Source: Candidatus Poribacteria bacterium (GTDB taxonomy: Bacteria > Poribacteria > WGA-4E > PCPOR2b). From it: DNA of 64,000 nt. The stretch is from NCBI GenBank assembly GCA_965116925.1, contig OZ220744.1:1888001-1952000 (forward strand), read 5' to 3'. The position numbers were made by a program, and so were the translations under genes. The notes under the pieces were generated by a model that made no database searches, was not told where the DNA came from, and was given only the letters and a program-made list of their open reading frames with translations. This document shows positions 8,941-16,205 of the stretch, piece after piece; the stretch's first letter is position 1; every line of letters begins with the position of its first letter.

Positions 8941-10533
8941 CTAGCCGGATCGGTGACGTTCAACAGTGAGTTGGCTCATGTTTTGAACCAGATCGATTAT
9001 GTCGGTGAGGTGATCATCGAAGTGGATTTCCAGCGGCGAGAATGTGTATTGAAAGTGGGGTGCTAACAGGATTATGGCAAAATCCTCCTGTAGGATAGAC
9101 AGCACACGTCGCCCAATCCTCCGCCTTGTCGCTGTGTTCTCTGTTTGGTTGAGTTGAGAGAGCATCTCATCAACTTGGGGGTTGGCGTAGCCAAAAAAGT
9201 TGTCTATCCCGTCGGAACGGAAGAATTGCGACAGGCGACTGTGCCCAACCCCAAAAAAGATCTGGGTTAAAAAGGCATCCGTATCTTCCCCCATCTCTAT
9301 AGAATTTACCACAGAGGCACCTGTTGACTTTCCAATCAGCTGAACCAAATGGCGAAACACACCAGCCGCGCAGGCGATTTGAAGGTCAAAGGGCAGGCGA
9401 GGCGATTGTGAACGCTCCCCTTCTTCATTAACCTGTTCCATCCGAAGATAGAGGTCGATTGCCCGGTAGTCGATTGCTTCTTTAAGGAGCCTACAGTTCC
9501 TTTCCTCCGATAGAGGTCCGTGATGACGGTTGAGAAATAGGACGTAGTAGTTGTCCTGAAAAAAGGGCCACTGTTGACAGGGCACTGTTGTTGGAGATTC
9601 GTAGAAGGACCGCAGCGCATGGGGAGAGACAGAAAGCAGGTCTAATGTGCCGTTCTCTAACGCCTTAATCGCGTTAGGTGAGCGTGTAAAACGTCTTAGG
9701 GTCAACCAATCAATGGGGGGATTTCCTCCGCGATAGTAATCCGGGTTTTGCGTGAAGCGGAAGGTCGAGGCGTCGGGACGAAAGGATTTCAATTGATAGG
9801 GGCCAGAGGTTACGCGGTAGGGCTGGGATGCATGGGAAGGGTGAACGGAGATCCCGCTCAGATGAAGGGGAAAGAGTGCTTCTTCTTGAGAAAGTTGAAC
9901 CCGAAGTTGGGTCTTGCCATCCGGTTTTATCTCTGTTATAATCGGTGCGATGCGACTCTTGGAAAACGCTGCAATAATCTCTTCAAACGTAATCGGCTTT
10001 CCGTCACTCCAACGCAGGTCATCTCTCAAGGTCAATTGCCACTGTGAATTTCCTTTCACCGCCTTGCAAGCGGTTGCAAGGCGTCCTTCGATCTTGCCGT
10101 TTCGGTGGTACACGAGGAGCGGGTCATAGCATAGGTTCTGGAGCCAAAAGTTTAGTGCCGGGTGCAATTTGGCCGAAGGGTCCGTTTCTGTTGGAATCAA
10201 CTCTCCGATCTCAAGCCGATTAACAGGTGCCTCCTCGTCGGGGTGTACGGTACGAAGGATTCCGGTGTAGGAGACTCCCATCAGTTTTTGAAGCTGTTGG
10301 GCAATAGCCTTCTGATCTGGATCTCGTGAATTCAGGAGTGACAGCAGAAATTGGATCTGCTCTGGTTGCAGATAGGAATCAGCCAACTGGTGTTTGAGAA
10401 GATTCACATCTTTTCTGCAGCGGATGACCTGTCGCGGTGAAAGTCCAATCCCCTCGGCAATCTCTTTGTCGCTGGCTTGGGGGTGTTCCTTTTGATAGGC
10501 AATCAGTTTGAGGAGCGTATTGACTTTGGCCAT
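8941..10533 (-). CDS. HTH + family-5 (Opp/Dpp/Nik-like) solute-binding-domain fusion; SgrR-like transcriptional regulator
   Basis: N-terminal winged-HTH-like segment (PQASDKEIAEGIGLSPRQVIRC), no signal peptide; SBP5 signatures LRDDLRWSDGKPIT, SGPYQL, NPDYY, GYANPQVDEML. Confidence 0.75.
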   Translation of the reverse strand: MAKVNTLLKLIAYQKEHPQASDKEIAEGIGLSPRQVIRCRKDVNLLKHQLADSYLQPEQIQFLLSLLNSRDPDQKAIAQQLQKLMGVSYTGILRTVHPDEEAPVNRLEIGELIPTETDPSAKLHPALNFWLQNLCYDPLLVYHRNGKIEGRLATACKAVKGNSQWQLTLRDDLRWSDGKPITFEEIIAAFSKSRIAPIITEIKPDGKTQLRVQLSQEEALFPLHLSGISVHPSHASQPYRVTSGPYQLKSFRPDASTFRFTQNPDYYRGGNPPIDWLTLRRFTRSPNAIKALENGTLDLLSVSPHALRSFYESPTTVPCQQWPFFQDNYYVLFLNRHHGPLSEERNCRLLKEAIDYRAIDLYLRMEQVNEEGERSQSPRLPFDLQIACAAGVFRHLVQLIGKSTGASVVNSIEMGEDTDAFLTQIFFGVGHSRLSQFFRSDGIDNFFGYANPQVDEMLSQLNQTENTATRRRIGRRVLSILQEDFAIILLAPHFQYTFSPLEIHFDDHLTDIIDLVQNMSQLTVERHRSG

Positions 10534-10629
10534 TTGTATCAGTTAAGAAGGGTTTTGGTAGAATAACCTAACGCAAGTTGCTAGTGTTGAGAATCCATCG
10601 GTTTGTCGTTAAGATTGAGGGATTCTATC

Positions 10630-10950
10630 TTTCGCTCCAGAGGAGCGATATGTCTATAGAGCGGCGATCAGACCAATCCCTGCGCTCCAGAGGAGCGCGA
10701 TGTGCATGGCAGGGTGAGTTACCACAACCCATTCGCTTCAGAGGAGCGATATGTCTATAGAACGGCGATCAGACCAATCCCTGCGCTCCAGATGAAGTTT
10801 AAGTATTTAAATCGGTAATCCCTATTTTCCTCGAAACATACGGTAGGCGCGGTTTCAAACCGCGCCGGTGTCGCTAGCAAATTACCGAATTATTTTTTTA
10901 ATTTTCATGAGGAGCGCGATGTGCATGGCAGAGCGAGTTACCACAACTCA
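10630..10950. repeat. BIME/REP-like tandem array of CGCTCCAGAGGAGCG hairpins
   Basis: Four CGCTCCAGAGGAGCG-type units with two alternating repeated linkers; last unit split by a MITE. Confidence 0.75.
10792..10908. mobile_element. 117-bp MITE (ATGAAG...TTCAT), copy 1
   Basis: Near-identical to 11272-11388; inserted in the loop of CGCTCCAG|AGGAGCG with 1-bp duplication. Confidence 0.8.
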
Positions 10951-10957
10951 TCAATGC

Positions 10958-11140
10958 CTACTCATCATCTTCCATTTCCCAATCAAAATCGCTCGCAGCA
11001 GCATAAGTCCCGTAACTACAGCAGCAGAGGGGAAGCCAATTAAAATCCTTGGCTTCTGTCGTGTCTTCCGTATCTTCCTCGGTCATGAAGATATCCGTTG
11101 GTAGGTTGGTTTCTGCGGCATGAATCGTTTTACACGCCAT
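10958..11140 (-). CDS. Small acidic peptide with Cys-Cys-Cys core (60 aa)
   Basis: RBS AAGGAGG before ATG 11140; MACKTIHAAETNLPTDIFMTEEDTEDTTEAKDFNWLPLCCCSYGTYAAASDFDWEMEDDE. Confidence 0.7.
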   Translation of the reverse strand: MACKTIHAAETNLPTDIFMTEEDTEDTTEAKDFNWLPLCCCSYGTYAAASDFDWEMEDDE

Positions 11141-11271
11141 CGTTTTCCTCCTTATAGCTAGTACTCTGTCAAATAAATCGTGATAAGCCACTCACCGCTT
11201 AACTTGGATAGACATATCCAAGCCGCTTTGTGGGGGAAGTATCTAAAGGAGCCTTTTGTACCACAATCTGT

Positions 11272-11388
11272 ATGAAGTTTAAGTATTTAAATCGGTAATC
11301 CCTATTTTCCTCGAAACATACGGTAGGCGCGGTTTTCAACCGCGCCGGTGTCGCTAGCAAATTACCGAACTGTTTTTTTAATTTTCAT
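11272..11388. mobile_element. 117-bp MITE (ATGAAG...TTCAT), copy 2
   Basis: Direct repeat of 10792-10908; inserted in the loop of a CACAATCT...AGATTGTG hairpin. Confidence 0.8.
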
Positions 11389-11597
11389 TTAGATTGTGAT
11401 CCCCGTCCGCAAACTAACAGTTTGCGTTACATTTGTCAGATTATCCAATGATTACAACGTTTGCTGAATCAGCAGCCTCTAAATGTCAACACGCCCTAGA
11501 AAACTGTATTATAAAGATAAAGTCCTTCAATTTTAACAGAAAACCGACGACTTTTCAATGCCTACTTACCAAAACGCCAGAAGCTACATCAATACTG

Positions 11598-12395
11598 CTA
11601 TTTCTCCTTCCTTACCTCTACCAGCATTGATACACTAAATATATCAACATTGGCACGGGAAGAATCTTTGGCAGCCTGACGGAGATTAGCGGTTAGTAGA
11701 TACATACCGGGAGACGGAAAAATTAATTCACATTCACCGCCGGCGTCCGCAACTGTTGTCAGCGTTGCGTCATGTCCGCTGTCCGCCTCCGAATAAGCCC
11801 GGACCTGTTGCCCCGGAACTGATTGACCTCTCGACAGAACGCGAACCACGAATGGCTTTCCCACAAAAATCTTGTTTGGATGTGTTACCGGCACGATCTC
11901 TAAAAACGCGCCGGTAGCTTCCAGAACACGTTTCGTATATTTCTTCACTGTAACGAAAGTGGTTGCCTGAAACCATCGATGCGCCGACTGGATAATCTTT
12001 TTGCCGGGGAGTTGGTCTTTCGGTTTGTGAACCCACGTCCTCTTGCCGTCTACCTCAAGTTCTGTCACATAGTGAGCTGGGCGATCTGTTTCGATTCGAT
12101 AGGTGCCCTGCCCTGTCAGCTCCATCTCCGCAACAGTCCTCGTCTGACCAAAATAAGTAGATGCTGGTCCGATACGCCATCCTTCCGGATGGATGACTGA
12201 TAAAAGGGTTCCTGGCCCCTGTCCAGAGACAAACCGTTGGTCGCCCCATGTGTGCTCTATACCCAACCAAGGGGATTCACGGTTTGTATAGAAAAAGTTG
12301 GGCAATATCCACTGCTGCCCATGCCCAAAAACCGGTGTAATCATCGCAAGAAAAAAAGTTACAACAAAAACACAGGTTGCCACATGTTTTAACAT
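11598..12395 (-). CDS. DUF4198 / nickel-uptake-associated periplasmic protein
   Basis: Signal peptide followed by His-x-x-x-W-I-L-P; LEIVPVTHPN, C-terminal Ig-like GECELIFPSPGMYLL; RBS AGGAGG. Confidence 0.75.
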   Translation of the reverse strand: MLKHVATCVFVVTFFLAMITPVFGHGQQWILPNFFYTNRESPWLGIEHTWGDQRFVSGQGPGTLLSVIHPEGWRIGPASTYFGQTRTVAEMELTGQGTYRIETDRPAHYVTELEVDGKRTWVHKPKDQLPGKKIIQSAHRWFQATTFVTVKKYTKRVLEATGAFLEIVPVTHPNKIFVGKPFVVRVLSRGQSVPGQQVRAYSEADSGHDATLTTVADAGGECELIFPSPGMYLLTANLRQAAKDSSRANVDIFSVSMLVEVRKEK

Positions 12396-12503
12396 AGTTA
12401 TCCTCCTATGTAATTCATTCTTCTAAGAAAGTTGAGAATCGCGCTATTTTATACGACACAATAATGTAAACATTCTCGCATTTAACCTCAACCATTTTTT
12501 CAG

Positions 12504-12532
12504 GGCGTACTGACATAATATGGCAGTACGCC
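12504..12532. promoter_or_regulatory. 29-bp palindrome, copy 3
   Basis: GGCGTACTGACATA-A-TATGGCAGTACGCC; TATACT at 12575-12580; lies between divergent DUF4198 and flippase genes. Confidence 0.6.
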
Positions 12533-12628
12533 CTAAATATGGCTCGCATTTTGGGGTTATGGGTTGATATATTTTATACTAGTGTGTTTTTCCTTTGAGA
12601 TTGACAACGGCTTGAGACTTATACGGTA

Positions 12629-13708
12629 TTGACCACTGACGTGCAGTTTCAATCATTCCTTCAAAAACGTGGGTTAAATCGTCTCATTTCTCCACTGCTA
12701 GGGCTTGGGGTTTCGGGAATCTTGGTCATCTATCTGGCAGGACAGATTGACTACCCCCATTTTCTCAGCCTTGCTAAAAACGTTCCGCTCTGGTTTTTCT
12801 TTGGACTGTTTGCTTTATTCGTTCTGTTAAACGTCTTCCGTGCTTTGCGTTTCCGTATGCTTTTGGCTCGGAAGGAGCTGCCGTTGGGGGTCCTATTCCC
12901 AATTACTTTGTGCCACAACTTTTTTGTGCGCACACTGCCACTGATGGTCGGTGAGCTTTCCTATATTGCACTGCTGCGCCGACACCTGAAAATCCCTGTA
13001 AGCGAGGGAATCCGCAGTCTTTTTGAGGCACGTCTGTTTGACCTACAATTTGTTATAGCGGGTGGCATCCTTGGTCTACTGACGTTGGGACGCGAACCTA
13101 CAGGTTATGTGTTGACCGTTTTAGCCCTCGCTGGGGGCTTGATTATAGTGAATCGCATTCTTTTCAGTGTACTCCCCAAAGGTATAGAACGAATCTGGGC
13201 ATTTATCGTCAGGATATATCCGTGGCGTCATACGGCTTTACTGGACTCTATCGGTCATAGATTAGGGGAGGTCTCGCTTCAACTTGACCGGTTTCGCTAT
13301 CTTCGCCCCTTGTTGAAAGCCCTAACCTTTTCCCTCTGTACCTATGGGATTAACGTGAGCTGCCAGCTGCTGCTTTTATCAACGCTAAATGTCAATCAAA
13401 GACTGAATGTGTTGTTGGTTGTCATTTCAATCGTTATGATTGCTGCATGGTTTCCGTTTTCATTGAGCGGCTTTGGGGTCATAGAGGGGAGTTGGGCGGC
13501 TAGCTTGGTCATGTTTGCTGATATGGAGGTGGGGGCGGCACTCTCAGTTGGGCTTTTTATTCATTGTTGTCAGGTGCTGATGACCGTTCTGTTGGGGTTA
13601 TTGGGGTTCGTCCTATTGACACCCCAAGTCCGGGAGCGTCTGATGTCCGCTTGTAACCAGACCCAGAAGCGGGTGTCCACTCTACCGTTTGGTAGGCGCT
13701 GTTTCTAA
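12629..13708 (+). CDS. Flippase-like membrane protein (UPF0104 / LPG-synthase TM family)
   Basis: RALRFRMLL, NFF..TLPLMVGE, ARLFD, PFSLSGFGVIEG motifs; start uncertain (TTG). Confidence 0.8.
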   Translation: MTTDVQFQSFLQKRGLNRLISPLLGLGVSGILVIYLAGQIDYPHFLSLAKNVPLWFFFGLFALFVLLNVFRALRFRMLLARKELPLGVLFPITLCHNFFVRTLPLMVGELSYIALLRRHLKIPVSEGIRSLFEARLFDLQFVIAGGILGLLTLGREPTGYVLTVLALAGGLIIVNRILFSVLPKGIERIWAFIVRIYPWRHTALLDSIGHRLGEVSLQLDRFRYLRPLLKALTFSLCTYGINVSCQLLLLSTLNVNQRLNVLLVVISIVMIAAWFPFSLSGFGVIEGSWAASLVMFADMEVGAALSVGLFIHCCQVLMTVLLGLLGFVLLTPQVRERLMSACNQTQKRVSTLPFGRRCF

Positions 13709-13765
13709 CTGCGCCGTCTCAATCCGGTCTACCGTTTGGTAGGCGCTGTTTCCAACTGCGCCGTT
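13681..13765. repeat. Tandem REP-like direct repeat
   Basis: TCTACCGTTTGGTAGGCGCTGTTTC.AACTGCGCCGT twice; first copy supplies the flippase stop codon. Confidence 0.7.
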
Positions 13766-13855
13766 CCGAGGATCCCAATCATCGGAATTTGCACGCCTCA
13801 GGCACTCTATCCTGAAAATCCTTAAATCCCGAAAATCCTGATTCAGACAATAAAG

Positions 13856-14647
13856 ATGCACCGCTCTCAAATATACAAACCCGTATCAGCGAAACACCAG
13901 AAAAAGATTTCGGTTGTGATAACTGTCTATAACGAACAAGACAACGTTATGCCACTTGCTGACGCACTTCATACGGTGCTTGATGCCCAACCCTACGATT
14001 ACGAAATCATCTTTATTGATGACGGAAGCGTTGATGACACCTACAAAATCCTGCGGCGTGCTCAGACAAAGATTTGCAACTTAACGATTATCCGATTAAA
14101 AAGAAACCTAGGTCAAACACCCGCTTTTTCTGCCGGGTTCTCCTACGCAACAGGAGACTATATCATCAGCATGGACGGCGATTTGCAAAACGATCCCCAA
14201 GATATTCCCAAACTGCTCGAAGCGATTGAGGGAAAATATGATGCTATATGTGGCTGGCGCAAACACCGCCAAGACTCTGCGACCAAACGGTTCGTTTCGA
14301 GAGCGTTCAACCTCATCCGCTATTTTATCTTCAGGGACCCAGTCCATGACACCAGTTGCTCACTCAAGATATTCCGATCAGCGGCGGTCAAATCACTCTT
14401 GCCGTTACGGTCAAAGATGCACGGTTGCCTCACTTCAATGCTCTATTTGCGGGGTTACAAAGTTGGAGAAATAGTCGTCACTCACCATCCTCGAATTCAC
14501 GGCGAAACAAAGTACCGAAACCCTTTTCGGGTTTTTCGTATTTTTTGGATGCTGCTCTATGTCCGATTCTGGTGGTATTATACCCACCAACCACAAAAGG
14601 GCAATACGCTTGATTGTTCCCAAATTCGTGAGATTGTGAAACTGTAA
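13856..14647 (+). CDS. GT2 polyprenol-phosphate glycosyltransferase (ArnC/GtrB/DPM1-like)
   Basis: ISVVITVYNE, IDDGSVD, RNLGQ, MDGDLQNDP, HHPRIHGETKY. Confidence 0.9.
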   Translation: MHRSQIYKPVSAKHQKKISVVITVYNEQDNVMPLADALHTVLDAQPYDYEIIFIDDGSVDDTYKILRRAQTKICNLTIIRLKRNLGQTPAFSAGFSYATGDYIISMDGDLQNDPQDIPKLLEAIEGKYDAICGWRKHRQDSATKRFVSRAFNLIRYFIFRDPVHDTSCSLKIFRSAAVKSLLPLRSKMHGCLTSMLYLRGYKVGEIVVTHHPRIHGETKYRNPFRVFRIFWMLLYVRFWWYYTHQPQKGNTLDCSQIREIVKL

Positions 14648-14827
14648 CTTGACGCAAGGGATTGGGGGTGGAGATTCCCGTTCTTTCTCCAAAATAGCTG
14701 AGAGGCGATCATAAATAACTTTCAATGCGTCTACGCATCAGGAGAAGGATCTCCTGCCCACAGTGGGAGAGGCTTCCTAGCCTTGATGTATATACCATCG
14801 GTCTAATTAGCGATTCAGACAAATGGC

Positions 14828-15088
14828 ACATGTCGCCCCGCTGGGGCTTAGGAGAAGGGGCCCATTGTCCGGCTATAGACATGTCGCCCCGCTGGGGCTA
14901 AATGAACCAACGAACCTTTTCCCATTTTCACCCATCACGGCTTCAATCCTGCAAATCCTTAAATCCTGAGTATCCTGATTCAGACAATAAATAATTGGTT
15001 CACGTAACAAGAAAGTGCAAAGCACGGAGAGAAACCGAGTTTTGAAGAAAAAACTCGGTTTCTTTGCACGAAATCTTAACATGAGCGA
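14828..15088. repeat. Cluster of REP/MITE-like repeats
   Basis: CATGTCGCCCCGCTGGGGCT x2 (inverted copies at 45083-45153), 9-bp ATCCT-unit run ending GATTCAGACAA (also 13808-13850), AGAAACCGAGTTTT...AAAACTCGGTTTCT hairpin (also ~33292). Confidence 0.65.
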
Positions 15089-15146
15089 CTGTCTTATACT
15101 ACTATTTGCTGACAGCAGTCTTTCCCAAATCTGTTAGGAAGAGTTT

Positions 15147-16205
15147 ATGATTATTTCGCGCACACCGATACGAATCAGTTTTGTTGGGGGCGGCACCGAC
15201 ATCGCCAACTTTTACCGGCGATATGGTGGAGAGGTCATCAGCACTGCTATCGACAAATACATCTCTGTCTGCATCACGAAGGGACAAAACTCTCAAATTG
15301 CTATCAACACCCCTGACCACCGTGAAACGGTTTCTAACCCTGACCACATTCAACATTCTTTGATTCGAGAGGCGGTGCGAAGAACGGGTGTCGCTGGTGG
15401 CATATCCATCACGGTCAACTCTGATGTGCCCTCGCGCGGTTGTGGGTTGGGGTCGTCAAGTGCATTGACCGTCGGACTGCTCAATGCCCTTTACGCCTAT
15501 CGGGGGATCGAAATACCCACAGAAGTCCTCGCGCAGCAAGCGTGTGAGATTGAAATAGAACGCTTGAACCAGCCCATCGGGAAGCAGGATCAGTATATCG
15601 CCGCTTACGGGGGGTTGAAACGAATCCAATTCAACAGAGATGAGAGTGTCCATACGCAAGCCATTCCAGTAACCCCCGAAACAATAGCGCGTTTGGAAGA
15701 AAACTTCACCCTATTCTACACAGGGATTCAACGCCGCGCCGAGACCATCCTGCACGAACAGAAACGTTCTGCGAGTCCCCAGACGCTGCTGCAAATGAGA
15801 GAGCTCGTGCCAGCGTTTTACGATGTTCTAGTCAAGGGAAACCACCACGGGGGTTGCCTTGATGAGGTTGGACATCTGTTACACCGTGCTTGGGAGTTGA
15901 AGCGTTCCCTCTGCGATAGTATTTCAAACCCGACGTTGGACACCATCTATGAACGCGCCATCGCTGCCGGTGCATTGGGCGGCAAGATTCTGGGCGCAGG
16001 GGGTGGTGGATACTTCCTGTTTTATGTCCCCAAAGAAAAACAGGGGGCTGTAACAACGGGACTTTCTGATTTGGGGCTCTCGCGGTTGGCGTTTCGCTTT
16101 GAACCCAAAGGTAGTCAACTCATCGAAGGAAGGAATTTTGATGAAAATCATTTAATCACTGCAATCTTGCCAGTCTTTTTCAGATTTTCAAATTCCATCA
16201 CATAG
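15147..16205 (+). CDS. GHMP sugar kinase, D-glycero-D-manno-heptose-7-phosphate kinase (HddA)-like
   Basis: RTPIRISFVGGGTD, PSRGCGLGSSS, PIGKQDQY, GGKILGAGGGG. Confidence 0.85.
   Translation: MIISRTPIRISFVGGGTDIANFYRRYGGEVISTAIDKYISVCITKGQNSQIAINTPDHRETVSNPDHIQHSLIREAVRRTGVAGGISITVNSDVPSRGCGLGSSSALTVGLLNALYAYRGIEIPTEVLAQQACEIEIERLNQPIGKQDQYIAAYGGLKRIQFNRDESVHTQAIPVTPETIARLEENFTLFYTGIQRRAETILHEQKRSASPQTLLQMRELVPAFYDVLVKGNHHGGCLDEVGHLLHRAWELKRSLCDSISNPTLDTIYERAIAAGALGGKILGAGGGGYFLFYVPKEKQGAVTTGLSDLGLSRLAFRFEPKGSQLIEGRNFDENHLITAILPVFFRFSNSIT

Noticed and set aside
10630..10950. Possible CRISPR array
   Set aside because: Linkers between the palindromes are themselves repeated rather than unique, repeats are only ~15 bp and no cas genes are present; fits a REP/BIME array
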